A DNA stretch of 64,000 bases, taken from NCBI GenBank assembly GCA_963828255.1, contig CAWHDZ010000021.1, forward strand, positions 64,001 to 128,000, given 5' to 3'. The translations under genes and the position numbers were made by a program. This document shows, in pieces, positions 9,220 through 19,760 of the stretch (the first letter of the stretch is position 1; every line of letters begins with the position of its first letter). Below the pieces are notes generated by a model that saw nothing but the letters and a program-made list of their open reading frames with translations, searched no databases and was not told the DNA's origin. The stretch comes from an uncultured delta proteobacterium (GTDB lineage Bacteria; Myxococcota; Myxococcia; Myxococcales; Anaeromyxobacteraceae).

Positions 9220-10308
9220 TCATCCCGGATGGGTCGTATCGCGGGCGGCCGCCGGCTCCGTGCCGACCGCCTCGGCCACGTTCCCGAACCCGTCCCGCCT
9301 CAGCAATTCCGGCAACTCCTCGAGGACCCGGCGGGGGAAGCCCGGCCCCCCGTAGACGAACCCCGTGTAGACCTGGACCAGCGAAGCCCCGGCGCGGATC
9401 CGCGCGTAGGCGTCGGCCGCGTCCATGATCCCGCCCACGCCGACGATGGGGATGCGCCCCGCGGCCCGTGCGTGGGCGCGGCGCAGCGCGCGCAGCGCGA
9501 GGGGGGCCAGGGGAGCGCCGGAGAGGCCGCCCGCCTCGGCGGCGCGCGGGTGGGACGCCACCTCCCCCGGGCGCTGGATGGTGGTGTTGGTCGCGATGAC
9601 GCCGGAGGCTCCGCAGGCCACCGCCACGTCCACCGCCTCGTCGAGGGCCTCGGGCGCCAGGTCCGGGGCGAGCTTCACCAGCAGCGGCTTGCCGAGCGGA
9701 CGGGCCCGGTCCACGCAGGCCCCCAGCAGCGCCTCGAGGGGGGCGCGCTCCTGGAGGGCGCGCAGGCCGGGCGTGTTGGGCGAGGAGAGGTTCACCACCA
9801 GGTAATCGGCCCAGGGGTGAAGCGCGTCGATGGCGGCCAGGTAGTCGTCGGCGGCCCGCTCGTTGGGGGTGTCCTTGTTCTTGCCGACGTTGACGCCGAC
9901 GATCCCCCTGCCCTCCCGGGGGAGCCGGGCCAGCCGCTCCGCGCAGGCCGCCGTCCCCTGGTTGTTGAACCCCATCCGGTTCAGGAGCGCCCGGTGCTCG
10001 GGGAGGCGGAAGAGGCGCGGGCGGGGGTTTCCGGCCTGGGGGCGGGGCGTGATGGTCCCCACCTCGACGTGGCCGAACCCCAGCGCGTGCAGGCCGCGCA
10101 CCAGCACCTCCCCCTTGTCGAACCCGGCACCCATCCCCAGCGGGCTCTCGAAGTCGAGCCCCAGGCACTTCACGCGGAGTGAATCATCCGGCCGGGGGCG
10201 AAGGGCCGCTCCGGCGCTCCCCATGGCGCGCAGCGCCACGGCGGCGAGCCCGTGGGCCCGCTCGGGGTCGAGGTGGAACAGGAGCTTCCGGGCGGCGTCC
10301 CAGGCCAT
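9220..10308 (-). CDS. pyrD: Quinone-dependent dihydroorotate dehydrogenase
   Basis: DPERAH, AGFDK, NRMGFNNQG, NLSSPNTPGLR, KLAPD, GGLSG. Confidence 0.97.
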   Translation of the reverse strand: MAWDAARKLLFHLDPERAHGLAAVALRAMGSAGAALRPRPDDSLRVKCLGLDFESPLGMGAGFDKGEVLVRGLHALGFGHVEVGTITPRPQAGNPRPRLFRLPEHRALLNRMGFNNQGTAACAERLARLPREGRGIVGVNVGKNKDTPNERAADDYLAAIDALHPWADYLVVNLSSPNTPGLRALQERAPLEALLGACVDRARPLGKPLLVKLAPDLAPEALDEAVDVAVACGASGVIATNTTIQRPGEVASHPRAAEAGGLSGAPLAPLALRALRRAHARAAGRIPIVGVGGIMDAADAYARIRAGASLVQVYTGFVYGGPGFPRRVLEELPELLRRDGFGNVAEAVGTEPAAARDTTHPG

Positions 10309-10312
10309 GGCG

Positions 10313-12508
10313 TCAGGGGCGCGGCGCGCCCAGGTTCTCCCGGAAGAAGCGGATCTCCATCTCGGCCAGCCGCTCCGCCGTGTCGGGATCGGCCGCCAGG
10401 TGGGTCACGTTGGCGAGCGGCACGAAGGCGGCGGGCGCGCCGGCGCGGAAGAGCGCGTCGGCCAGCTTGATGGAGTGGAGCAGGTAGACGTTGTCGTCGG
10501 CCGTGCCGTGCACGAGGAGCAGCGGCGCGTGCCCCTTGCCGGCCAGGCGCGTCAGCGAGCTCCGCTCGTAGGCCTCCGGCGCCGTGGCGGGGTGCCCCAG
10601 GTAGCGCTCGGTGTAGTAGGTGTCGTAGTCGCGCCAGTCCACCACCGGGGCCCCGGCCACCGCGGCCCGGTACACGTCGGGGCGCCGCAGCGCAGCCAGC
10701 GCCGCCATGTAGCCGCCGAACGACCAGCCGGTGATCCCCACGCGGGAGAGGTCGATCTCGGGGACCACCTCGGCCAGCGCGGCCAGGGCGTCGATCTGGT
10801 CCTCGAGCGCCGGGCCGGCCAGGTCCCCCTTCACGGCCCGCTCGAACTCCCGCCCCAGCCGCGCCGTCTCGCCCCGGTTCACCACCTTCACCACCAGGAA
10901 ACCCTGATCGGCCATCCACTGGGTGCGGGGGGAGCCGGTGCGCAGCCCCAGCGGCGAGAAGCGCGTGGGGCCGCCGTAGACCTGGACGATGACCGGGTAC
11001 TTCACGCCCGGCTTGAAGTCGCGCGGACGGACGAGCGAGGTCCAGAGCCCCCGCTGGCCGACCTGACGGACCTCCGGGCGCGCCCGGAAGGGAGGCTCGA
11101 GGGCCACCGACGGGAGCTGGATGCCCTCCTTTCCGTCGGGACCGACGAGCGCCAGGCGGGACCCCTCGCCCGGGCGGGAGGAGGAGACCACGAGGACCCT
11201 TCCGCCGTCGGCGACCTTGGCCGAGAGGCCGATGTGCGGCTCGCCGGGGAGGACCACCTCCACGGGGGCCGCGCCGGGGCGGACCCGGAAGAGCCGCTCG
11301 CGCGTGGGGTCACCCCGCGTCCCCACGAAGTAGACCTCGCCGTCGTCGGAGATCCCGGCCAGCCCGACGTAGCCGTACTCCAGGGGAGCGACGCCGGAGA
11401 GCCGTTCGCCCCCGGGGGCGCGCAGTTCCAGCTCGGCCCCACCGCCACGCTCGGTGAACCAGAGGAACCCCGAGCCGTCGGGCATCCAGCGCAGCGCCGC
11501 CTCGTTCAGGTTCAGCCAGGCGGCGTCCTTCTCCACGAGGAGGACCGCGGTCTTCCCGCTCGCGGGGTCGGCGCGGAGCACCGCCTCCTCGGTCTGGGCG
11601 CGGTCCTGGACCACGAGCAGGAGCGGCGCCCCCTTCTGCCAGCGCACCTGGGCCAGGTAGGGGTAACGCTCCCGATCCCATTCGATCCAGGTCGGGGCCC
11701 CGCCCTCCAGGCCGACCACGCCCAGCCGCACCCTGGTGTTCTGCCGTCCGGCGCGCGGGTAGGCGAACTGGACGGCTCGCCGCTCCGGTCGCGCCGGGTC
11801 CTGGATGGAGAGCTTCTCCACCTCGGTGTCATCGGCCTCCTGGAAGGCCAGGCTCCTCGAGTCGGGCGACCACCAGAACCCCTCGCGGCGGTCCATCTCC
11901 TCCTGGGCCACGAACTCGGCCAGGCCGTGCGTCTTCCACTCGGTGGCGCCGGTGGTGAGCGCACGGGCCTTTCCGGTGGCGATGTCGAGGACGTGCAGCT
12001 CGCCGCCGGCCACGTAGGCGACCTGCTTGCCGTCCGGGGAGAGGCGCGGGTCGAGCGCGCCCTGCGGGGTGGGCACGCGCCGCTTCTCGCCGTTGGTCCG
12101 GTCCACCGCGTAGAGGCGGCCGCCGAGCGAGGCCAGGAAGGTCTTCCCATCCTGGGCCATCTCGTAGTGGGTGATCCCCCGGGCGGTGATGCGCTGCCGC
12201 TCGAGCCGCGCCTTCTCGGCGTCGGACAGGTCCTCCGGCTCGGAGGCGAGGAGCGCCTCGGCGGTGAGCAACTCGCGCGTCTTCCCGGTGGCCACGTCGG
12301 TGGCGAAGAGGGAGAGCACCCCGGACCGGGGGCCGGACCGGAGGAAGATCACCTCCGCCCCGCCGGGCACCACGGTGGCGCGCGAGGGCGACCCGGCGCG
12401 GTAGCCGCGGGTCTCGGCGTTCTCCCGGAGGAACGAGGGGGCCGCGGCGGGCGGCGCCGGAGGAGGCGCCGAGGCGAGTGTCAGTGCGAGGAGGAGCGCG
12501 GGCGTCAT
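10313..12508 (-). CDS. Secreted S9B dipeptidyl peptidase IV-like peptidase
   Basis: Signal peptide, DPPIV N-terminal propeller (AEFVAQEEMDR), GWSFGG nucleophile, HGTADDNV. Confidence 0.93.
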   Translation of the reverse strand: MTPALLLALTLASAPPPAPPAAAPSFLRENAETRGYRAGSPSRATVVPGGAEVIFLRSGPRSGVLSLFATDVATGKTRELLTAEALLASEPEDLSDAEKARLERQRITARGITHYEMAQDGKTFLASLGGRLYAVDRTNGEKRRVPTPQGALDPRLSPDGKQVAYVAGGELHVLDIATGKARALTTGATEWKTHGLAEFVAQEEMDRREGFWWSPDSRSLAFQEADDTEVEKLSIQDPARPERRAVQFAYPRAGRQNTRVRLGVVGLEGGAPTWIEWDRERYPYLAQVRWQKGAPLLLVVQDRAQTEEAVLRADPASGKTAVLLVEKDAAWLNLNEAALRWMPDGSGFLWFTERGGGAELELRAPGGERLSGVAPLEYGYVGLAGISDDGEVYFVGTRGDPTRERLFRVRPGAAPVEVVLPGEPHIGLSAKVADGGRVLVVSSSRPGEGSRLALVGPDGKEGIQLPSVALEPPFRARPEVRQVGQRGLWTSLVRPRDFKPGVKYPVIVQVYGGPTRFSPLGLRTGSPRTQWMADQGFLVVKVVNRGETARLGREFERAVKGDLAGPALEDQIDALAALAEVVPEIDLSRVGITGWSFGGYMAALAALRRPDVYRAAVAGAPVVDWRDYDTYYTERYLGHPATAPEAYERSSLTRLAGKGHAPLLLVHGTADDNVYLLHSIKLADALFRAGAPAAFVPLANVTHLAADPDTAERLAEMEIRFFRENLGAPRP

Positions 12509-12539
12509 GGAACGCTTCCTACCACGGGGAACGGCTCCT

Positions 12540-13004
12540 TCAGAGGTCCTTGTCCATGACCAGCGCGTCCTCCCCGTCCTCGGCGTAGTAGCGCGGGCGG
12601 ACCCCGACCTCGCGGTACCCGAAGGAGCGGTAGAGGGCGATGGCCGGGGCGTTTCCGCGGCGCACCTCCAGCATGGAGACGCGGGCCCCCTGCGCGCGCC
12701 CCCGCGCCTCCACCTCGTCGAGGACGGCCCGGGCCACGCCGCGCCGACGGGCCTCCGGCGCCACCGCCACGTTGAGGACGTGAAGCTCGTCGTGGACCAG
12801 CCAGACCACGGCGAACCCCAGGATCCCGCCGGCCGCGCCGCCGGTGGCGAGCAGCACGGTGGAGAACTCGTGGCCGAGCTCGCGGCGGACCAGTTCCTCC
12901 GACCAGGGGTGGGAGAAGGCGGCCCGCTCGATCTCCATCACGCGCGGCAGGTCCCCCTCCCGCATCCGGCGGAAGGCCAGGCCGTGCCCCTCGCCCACGG
13001 TCAC
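12540..13004 (-). CDS. rimI: Ribosomal protein S18 alanine N-acetyltransferase
   Basis: IERAAFSHPW, ELHVLNVAV, LEVRRGN, RPRYYAEDGEDALVM. GTG start overlaps the upstream stop. Confidence 0.92.
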   Translation of the reverse strand: MTVGEGHGLAFRRMREGDLPRVMEIERAAFSHPWSEELVRRELGHEFSTVLLATGGAAGGILGFAVVWLVHDELHVLNVAVAPEARRRGVARAVLDEVEARGRAQGARVSMLEVRRGNAPAIALYRSFGYREVGVRPRYYAEDGEDALVMDKDL

Positions 13005-13675
13005 GGCCCGGCGCCCAGGTCCACGAGGATGCGGATGTCGGCCCGGTTCCGGAGGTCCGCGAGCAGCGCCTTGGTCTCGGCGTCGGCCCGGGACGACGCG
13101 AGCCGGGCCGCGATCTCGTCGGCCGCCTCCGCGAGGGTTCGCCCCCCGTAGTCGGAGGCGTGGGCCCGGTACCAGGCCTCCACCTCCCGCGGCGCCGGAC
13201 GGAACCTTCCCAGCCGGGACTCGAGGTACCTGCGCACCCGCAAGCTGCGCCGCAGCGTCGTCGTGAGATCCTCCTCGGTGGCCTCGATCGCGAAGAGGAA
13301 CGCCTTGAAGGCCTCGGGCGTCGCGAACTCGGCCTTGAACCTCGCCAGCTCCGCCACCGCGGCCTCCCGGTCCACCTCGAACACCTTGAGCCGGACCGCC
13401 TCCTCGTGGAGCAGGAGCTGGTCCACGTACCAGTCGAGGGAGGCCCGCAGCACCGCCCCGTCGAGGGGGGCGGACGCAGCTTCGATCCCCCCACGGGAGA
13501 CGAGCGCGATCCTGCCCTCCTCGGCGACCTTGGAGAGGGTGACGACGCTGGCCTCCCTCCCCCGGGTGGCCACCACGGCCACCACCTCGTCCACGACGCG
13601 CCCTCCAGACGGGGCGTCCACTCCCCCCGCGGCGAGCGGGACGAGGAGGGCCGCGAGGATGGCGCACTTCGTCAT
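13001..13675 (-). CDS. Exported protein with SurA-like N-terminal fold
   Basis: Signal peptide, VVDEVVAVV and C-terminal LADLRNRADIRIL, as in SurA-type chaperone cores. No PPIase domain visible. Confidence 0.6.
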   Translation of the reverse strand: MTKCAILAALLVPLAAGGVDAPSGGRVVDEVVAVVATRGREASVVTLSKVAEEGRIALVSRGGIEAASAPLDGAVLRASLDWYVDQLLLHEEAVRLKVFEVDREAAVAELARFKAEFATPEAFKAFLFAIEATEEDLTTTLRRSLRVRRYLESRLGRFRPAPREVEAWYRAHASDYGGRTLAEAADEIAARLASSRADAETKALLADLRNRADIRILVDLGAGP

Positions 13676-13719
13676 CGGGCGATTCTAGCCTCCCGCACCC
13701 TTCCGAGCGACAACCAACG

Positions 13720-13747
13720 TTGACCTCGGGCGCGAACGCGTTAGCCT
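13720..13747 (+). promoter_or_regulatory. sigma70-type promoter, likely leaderless, for the J-domain gene
   Basis: TTGACC-N16-TAGCCT, then 6 nt to GTG at 13754. Confidence 0.6.
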
Positions 13748-13753
13748 TTTCCC

Positions 13754-14716
13754 GTGCCCCAGAGAGACCTGTACGACGTCCTCGGCGTGAGCCGTGGCGC
13801 CTCGAACGACGACATCCGGAAGGCGTACCGGAAGCTCGCCAAGAAGTTCCACCCGGACATGAACCCGGGGGACCGCAAGGCCGAGGACAAGTTCAAGGAG
13901 ATCACCGCGGCCCACGAGGTCCTCTCCGACGAGAAGAAGCGCAAGCTCTACGACGAGTTCGGTCCCGACGCCCTGCGCACCGGCTTCGACGAGAAGGCGG
14001 CCGACCAGTACCGGCAGTGGAGGCAGCACGGGGGGCGCCCGGGGCAGGAGGTCCCCTTCGACCTGGGGGATTTCGAGACCGTCAACGTCGGCGGCGTGGG
14101 CAACTTCGACTTCGGCTCGATCTTCGGCGACCTCTTCGGCGGCGGCGCGGGGCGCGGCCGGCGGCGCGGGGGCCCCGTGTCCAGGCCCGGGCGCGACGCC
14201 GAGGCCGAGCTCCAGGTCGACCTTCGCGACGCGGTGCTGGGCGCCGAACGCGACCTGCACGTGGATGGCCGCACGCTGCGCGTGAAGATCCCCGCCGGCG
14301 TGACGGACGGGTCGAGGATCCGGCTGACCGGCCAGGGAGGCGAGGGCTCGAACGGCGCCCCGGCCGGAGATCTGTACCTGGTCGTCCGGCTCCGCGATCA
14401 GGTGGGCGTTCGCCGGGAAGGGCGCGACCTCTTCCTCGAGCTCCCCCTCACCATCCCGGAGGCCGCGGCCGGCGCGGAGGTGGTCATCCCCACCTTCGAG
14501 GGGCAGGTCCAGCTCAAGATCCCGCCCGGAACCCAGTCCGGACGCCAGCTCCGGCTGCGCGGCAAGGGGCTCCCGGACCTCAAGGGAGGCTCCCGGGGAG
14601 ATCTGTACGCGGTGGCCAGGATCGTCCTCCCCGAGGAGAGCGAGGCGCTCCGCGAGGCGGTGAAGCCGCTCCGGGATCTCTACAAGACCGACCCGCGCGC
14701 GGGAATCTCGTTGTAG
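13754..14716 (+). CDS. Class B J-domain co-chaperone (CbpA/DnaJ-like)
   Basis: J-domain with HPD, G/F-rich linker, DnaJ C-terminal domain; no zinc finger. Confidence 0.92.
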   Translation: MPQRDLYDVLGVSRGASNDDIRKAYRKLAKKFHPDMNPGDRKAEDKFKEITAAHEVLSDEKKRKLYDEFGPDALRTGFDEKAADQYRQWRQHGGRPGQEVPFDLGDFETVNVGGVGNFDFGSIFGDLFGGGAGRGRRRGGPVSRPGRDAEAELQVDLRDAVLGAERDLHVDGRTLRVKIPAGVTDGSRIRLTGQGGEGSNGAPAGDLYLVVRLRDQVGVRREGRDLFLELPLTIPEAAAGAEVVIPTFEGQVQLKIPPGTQSGRQLRLRGKGLPDLKGGSRGDLYAVARIVLPEESEALREAVKPLRDLYKTDPRAGISL

Positions 14717-14726
14717 AAGGGGCCCC

Positions 14727-15494
14727 ATGGGAATCCTCGACCTCTTCGGCAGCCGCGAATCGCGGGAGCAGGCCAGCCTGAAGAAGCTGGGCCAGAAGAT
14801 CACGCAGAAGTGGGGCCCGGCCGAGAACCGCCAGAAGGCCATCGAGCAGCTGGGCGAGAACGGGACCCCGGCCGCGCTCAAGGTGCTCTGCCTGCGGTTC
14901 ACGGTGCGCGCCGAGGTGGGCATCTCCGACGACGACGAGAAGGAGCAGGCCCGCGCCATCCTGGTGGCCGCCGGACCGAAGGCGCTCGAGCCGGTGCGCG
15001 AGTTCCTCGACGAGCAGGAGTCGGGCGTGGCCTGGGGCTTGCGGGTGCTCGCCTCGCTCGCTCCCCCCGCGGAGCTCCTGGGGACCGTCCACTCCCTCCT
15101 CCAGAAGCTGGGGCGGGAGTACACACGCGATCCGGAGAAGAAGATGGTCCTCCTCTCCTGGCTGCGCGAGAACCCCGACATGGCCGGCCTGACCCCCGTC
15201 GGCGGGCCGTCGCGCGACGAGGCGGTCATCCCCCTCCTCGAGGACTTCGTGGACGACGTGCGTATCGGCGCGGCCCGCGCGCTCACCGTGGGGACGCAGA
15301 GCGACGCGGCGCGCGACGCACTCATCGCGCTCCTCCTGCGCGACCGGGACAACGCCCGGGTGCGCGGCGAGGTCTTCCAGGCCCTGGTGGACCTGGGAGC
15401 GGACGTGAAGGGGCACCGGAGCGAGGTAGAAGCGCTGCTCGTCGAGCCCTGGTACCTCGACCGCGAGGGGCGCGTGAAGCGCCGCGGCGCCTAG
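14727..15494 (+). CDS. HEAT-repeat protein
   Basis: Helical repeats (EAVIPLLEDFVDDVRIGAARAL, NARVRGEVFQAL). Confidence 0.75.
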   Translation: MGILDLFGSRESREQASLKKLGQKITQKWGPAENRQKAIEQLGENGTPAALKVLCLRFTVRAEVGISDDDEKEQARAILVAAGPKALEPVREFLDEQESGVAWGLRVLASLAPPAELLGTVHSLLQKLGREYTRDPEKKMVLLSWLRENPDMAGLTPVGGPSRDEAVIPLLEDFVDDVRIGAARALTVGTQSDAARDALIALLLRDRDNARVRGEVFQALVDLGADVKGHRSEVEALLVEPWYLDREGRVKRRGA

Positions 15495-15515
15495 CCCGGC
15501 TCACCCGGACCCCGA

Positions 15516-18035
15516 TTGGATCCCGCTCCCTCGACCGCGCCCGCGCCCCGCAGCCCACGAAGGCGGAGGCTCCTCTTCGACCGGTGGTTCGACCCCATCC
15601 ACCTGCCGGAGGGGCTCGAGGAGCAGATGGCGGCGCTGGCGCAACGGGGCAGCGTGGTCTTCGTGGCCCGGTCCTCGGGGCTCATCAACTACCTCTACGT
15701 CAACTGGCTGGTGCGCCGGCTCGGACTGCCGCCGCTCCGCGTCGCCGTGAACTTCGTCGGGCTCTTCGGCTGGCTGGCCGCGGTGTGGCGCAGCGTCCGG
15801 GCGCTCGTCGACGCCGCGGCGCGCGGCCAGTCCACGGCGGTCATCTTCCTGAACACGCACGAGGAGAGCGGGCCGCCCTTCGAGGCGCTGGTGGAGCTGC
15901 AGCGCGGCCAGCAGCGGCCCGTCTTCCTCGTCCCGCTCATCCTGGTCTGGAACCGCCGGGCCCAGCGGGTGGTGCCGTCCATCTGGGACCTGGTCTGGGG
16001 CTCACCCGAGTCGCCCACCACCCTTCCCGCGGCCGTGGCCTTCTTCCGCAACTACAAGCGGGCCTTCCTCCGGGTGGGGCGCCCCATCGACCTCGCCGCC
16101 TTCGTGGCCGAGCGCCCCGAGGAGGCCGACGCGCTCGTGGCCCGGAAGGCCCGGGGCACCATCCACCACCACCTGGCCCGCGAGCTTCGCGCCTCCGTCG
16201 GGCCGCCGCTCCGGACACCCACCCGCGTCACCGAGAAGGTGATGCGCGACCGGCACCTCCGCGAGGTGCTGGGGCACGTGGCGAAGCAGAGGGGGCGCTC
16301 GCCGTCCTCGGTCCGGCGGGAAGCGGTCCGCGACCTCGACGAGATCGCCAGCCGCTACTCCCCCCTGTTCATCGACCTCATCCGCCCCATCTTCCGCTGG
16401 ATCTTCCAGACGATGTACGACCGGGTGGAGATCGACGAGAAGGGGCTCGCCGAGATCCGCAGGCTTGCGGCCGACAAGCCGCTGGTGCTCACGCCCAGCC
16501 ACAAGAGCCACGTGGACTACATGCTGCTCTCCTGGGCCTTCTACGAGCACGGCCTCATCCCGCCCCAGGTCGCGGCCGGCATCAACCTGGCCTTCTGGCC
16601 CTTCGGCTCGCTGGCCCGGCGCGCCGGCGCCTTCTTCATCCGCCGATCGTTCAAGGGCGACAAGATCTACAGCGCGACCCTGCGCGCCTACGTGAAGCAC
16701 CTCCTGCGCGAGCGCTTCACCCAGGAGTTCTTCCCGGAGGGCGGCCGATCCCGCACCGGCAAGCTGCTCTTTCCCAAGACGGGCCTCTTCTCCATGGAGG
16801 TGGACGCCTGGGGCGACGGCGCGGCGGAAGACGTGCTCTTCATCCCCATCGCGGTGGACTACGAGCGGCTCGTGGAGGGCGCCTCCTACGCGCAGGAGCT
16901 GGCCGGGGGAGAGAAGAAGAAGGAGTCGTTCGGCGCCCTGCTCCAGACCCCCAGGGCGCTCCTGCGGCGCTACGGCCGCATCTACCTCCAGTTCGGGACG
17001 CCGGTCTCGCTCAAGGAACTGGCCGAGCAGCAGCTCGGGGCCGGTGCGGGCGCGCCGTCGCTCACCCTCGACGCCGACGAGCGCGGGTCCGATTCGCGCC
17101 GGTCGCTGGTGCAGCACCTCGCCAACCGGGTCATGTGGGGCATCGCCGAGGTGGTGACGGTGACGCCGGTGAGCCTGGTCGCCGCGGCCCTCCTCTCCCA
17201 CGTCCGCCGTGGCATCTCGGCGGAGGAGGTCGCCGCGCGGGTGGAGCTCCTGCGCGCCATCGCCATCCGGGAGGGGGCGCGGATCGCCTCGGGGCTCGCG
17301 GAGGCGCCGTCGAGCCCGCTCGCCCCCGGCCCCATCCACGACGCCGTGGTGACCTTCGCGGCCAGCAGGGTGATCGAGGTCCAGGAGGCGGGCGGCCAGG
17401 TCATCTACCACGTGCCCGACGCCAAGCGGACCTACCTCGACTTCAACCGCAACGCGATCCTGAACCGCTACGTGGGGCTCTCGCTGGCCGCCCAGTCGGT
17501 GCGCGCCCGCGGCGGCGGCGCCCCCCTCGAGGAGATCCGGGACGACGTCCGCTGGCTCTCCCGCCTCTTCCGGCTCGAGTTCATGTACCCCGTGGGCGCC
17601 AGCTTCGAGTCGATCTTCCGGGCCAAGCTCGACGCACTGGCGGGCCTCGGCGCGGTGGTCGAGGATGCCGGGGGCGTGCGCCCCGGACCGCAGCGCGCCC
17701 GTCTCGACTTCCTCGCCGACCTGACCCGCCCGTACCTCGAGGCCTACCGGGTCGCCGGGGAGACGGTCCGCAGCGCGGGGCTCACGGGCGGATCGGCCGA
17801 TCGCAAGGGGCTCGTCAAGCAGGCGCTGGAGCGCGGCCGCGCCGAATTCCTCTCGGGCCACGTGCTGATGCGCGAGTCGATCTCCAAGGCCACCCTGGAG
17901 AATGCCGTCGAGTGGCTGGGGAGCCAGGGCGCCTTCGAGGGCGACGCCGACGGGCGTCGCACGGTCACCGCCACCTGGCGGGACGCGGCTTCGACGCACC
18001 TCGTCGAGAAGATCGGCCGGTTCCTGGCACCTTGA
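15516..18035 (+). CDS. plsB: Glycerol-3-phosphate O-acyltransferase
   Basis: HKSHVDY (HxxxxD), GAFFIRR, FFPEGGRSRTGK, FIPIAVDYE, ELAGGEKKKES. Confidence 0.9.
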   Translation: MDPAPSTAPAPRSPRRRRLLFDRWFDPIHLPEGLEEQMAALAQRGSVVFVARSSGLINYLYVNWLVRRLGLPPLRVAVNFVGLFGWLAAVWRSVRALVDAAARGQSTAVIFLNTHEESGPPFEALVELQRGQQRPVFLVPLILVWNRRAQRVVPSIWDLVWGSPESPTTLPAAVAFFRNYKRAFLRVGRPIDLAAFVAERPEEADALVARKARGTIHHHLARELRASVGPPLRTPTRVTEKVMRDRHLREVLGHVAKQRGRSPSSVRREAVRDLDEIASRYSPLFIDLIRPIFRWIFQTMYDRVEIDEKGLAEIRRLAADKPLVLTPSHKSHVDYMLLSWAFYEHGLIPPQVAAGINLAFWPFGSLARRAGAFFIRRSFKGDKIYSATLRAYVKHLLRERFTQEFFPEGGRSRTGKLLFPKTGLFSMEVDAWGDGAAEDVLFIPIAVDYERLVEGASYAQELAGGEKKKESFGALLQTPRALLRRYGRIYLQFGTPVSLKELAEQQLGAGAGAPSLTLDADERGSDSRRSLVQHLANRVMWGIAEVVTVTPVSLVAAALLSHVRRGISAEEVAARVELLRAIAIREGARIASGLAEAPSSPLAPGPIHDAVVTFAASRVIEVQEAGGQVIYHVPDAKRTYLDFNRNAILNRYVGLSLAAQSVRARGGGAPLEEIRDDVRWLSRLFRLEFMYPVGASFESIFRAKLDALAGLGAVVEDAGGVRPGPQRARLDFLADLTRPYLEAYRVAGETVRSAGLTGGSADRKGLVKQALERGRAEFLSGHVLMRESISKATLENAVEWLGSQGAFEGDADGRRTVTATWRDAASTHLVEKIGRFLAP

Positions 18036-18143
18036 CGCTGGTCAGACGTCGCCTTCTTCTTCCAAAGCGCGCCCCGTCCGGGCTATCCTGCCCGCCCCTA
18101 ACGCCAGCTGCCGGACTTCAAGGTCCGCGAGGAGAAACACACG

Positions 18144-19676
18144 ATGGGTGATCGCATCCTTCACAACGGACTGAAGAGCAAGGTGATGTCGGCCGAGGCG
18201 GCTGCGGCGCTCATCCCGAACGGCTCGGTCGTCGGCATGTCCGGGTTCACCGGCGCCGGCTACCCCAAGGCCGTGCCCATCGCGCTCGCCAAGCGCGCGC
18301 TCGACGAGAAGCTGAAGGGCAAGGCGCTCAAGCTCGACGTCCTCACCGGCGCCTCCACCGGCCCGGAGCAGGACTCGATGATGAGCTTCGTCGAGTCGCA
18401 GCGGTTCCGCTTCCCCTACCAGGGCGACGCGGTCACCCGCGAGAAGATCAACGCCGGCATCATGGAATACCAGGACATGCACCTGTCGCACGCCGGGTCC
18501 CTGGTGCGCTACGGCTACTACGGCAAGGGCAAGAACACCATCGACTTCGCCGTCATCGAGGTCACCAAGATCAACGCCGACGGAACCCTGGTCCCGTCGT
18601 CCTCATGCGGCGCCAACAACGTCTACTTCGAGATGGCCGACAAGATCATCCTCGAGGTGAACAGCTGGCAGGACGAGCGTCTCGAGGGGATGCACGACAT
18701 CATCTCCATCCCGGGCGAGCACGGGAAGCGCGTCCCCCTGCCCATCCTGGCGACCGCCGATCGCAAGGGCTCGAAGTTCTGGAACATCGACATCAGCAAG
18801 GTGGTCGCAGTCGTCGAGTCCACCTTCCCCGACCGCAACGCCGCCTTCAAGCCGCCCGAGGACATCCACAAGCGCATCGCCGGCCACATCATCGACTTCC
18901 TCTCCGGCGAGGTGAAGGCGGGCCGTCTCTCCAAGCACCTCAACCCCCTGCAGTCGGGCGTCGGCAACATCGCCAACGCCGTGCTCGTGGGGCTCAACGA
19001 GGGGCCCTTCGAGAACATGACCAGCTACACCGAGGTCATCCAGGACGGCATGCTCGACATGCTCGACTCGGGCAAGCTCACCGTGGCGTCGGCCACCGCC
19101 TTCTCGGTCTCCCCCGAGGGGCAGATCCGCTTCAACAAGCAGATCGACGACTACCGGAAGAAGATCATCCTGCGTCCGCAGGAGATCTCCAACCACCCGG
19201 AGATCATCCGCCGCCTCGGCTGCATCGCCATGAACGGATTCGTCGAGGCCGACATCTACGGCCACGTGAACTCGACGCACATCGCCGGAAAGGGCATCGA
19301 GAACGGCATCGGCGGATCGGGTGACTTCGCCCGCAACTCGGCCTACACGATCTTCATGTCCCCGGCCACGGCCAAGGACGGGAAGATCTCGGCCATCGTG
19401 CCCTTCGCGTCGCACATCGACCACACCGAGCACGAGGTGAACGGCATCGTGACCGAGTTCGGCTTCGCCGATCTGCGCGGCCGGAGCCCCAAGGAGAAGG
19501 CCAAGGAGGTCATCGAGAAGTGCGCGGCCCCCGAGTACCGCCCCATCCTCTGGGACTACGTGAAGCGCTCGATGAAGAACCCCAGCGCCGGCCTCCACTC
19601 GCCGCACATGTTCAGCGAGGCCTTCGCGTTCCACACGCGGTACCTCCAGACCGGGGACATGCGCCCCAAGAAGTAG
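18144..19676 (+). CDS. Succinyl-CoA:acetate CoA-transferase / acetyl-CoA hydrolase family
   Basis: SGFTGAGYPKAVP, LQSGVGNIANAV, TEVIQDG, RPQEISNHPE, GIGGSGDFARN. Confidence 0.93.
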   Translation: MGDRILHNGLKSKVMSAEAAAALIPNGSVVGMSGFTGAGYPKAVPIALAKRALDEKLKGKALKLDVLTGASTGPEQDSMMSFVESQRFRFPYQGDAVTREKINAGIMEYQDMHLSHAGSLVRYGYYGKGKNTIDFAVIEVTKINADGTLVPSSSCGANNVYFEMADKIILEVNSWQDERLEGMHDIISIPGEHGKRVPLPILATADRKGSKFWNIDISKVVAVVESTFPDRNAAFKPPEDIHKRIAGHIIDFLSGEVKAGRLSKHLNPLQSGVGNIANAVLVGLNEGPFENMTSYTEVIQDGMLDMLDSGKLTVASATAFSVSPEGQIRFNKQIDDYRKKIILRPQEISNHPEIIRRLGCIAMNGFVEADIYGHVNSTHIAGKGIENGIGGSGDFARNSAYTIFMSPATAKDGKISAIVPFASHIDHTEHEVNGIVTEFGFADLRGRSPKEKAKEVIEKCAAPEYRPILWDYVKRSMKNPSAGLHSPHMFSEAFAFHTRYLQTGDMRPKK

Positions 19677-19699
19677 GGGCGTCATCCGCCGGGCATCCC

Positions 19700-19730
19700 A
19701 CGGCCGCTCCGGGCTCCCCGGGGCGGCCGT
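19700..19730 (+). terminator. GC-rich hairpin downstream of the CoA-transferase, probable terminator
   Basis: ACGGCCGCTCCGGG-CTC-CCCGGGGCGGCCGT; only a weak T tract follows. Confidence 0.5.
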
Positions 19731-19760
19731 CCCGTTTCCGGCCGGTGGTATGGTCCGGCC

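Noticed and set aside
14810..18151. 1113-aa plus-strand ORF and similar very long Arg/Pro/Gly-rich ORFs (e.g. 9863..12559, 41783..44506, 55050..58256, 61192..63945)
   Set aside because: Shadow or alternate frames of real genes, expected at this GC content; no recognisable domains.
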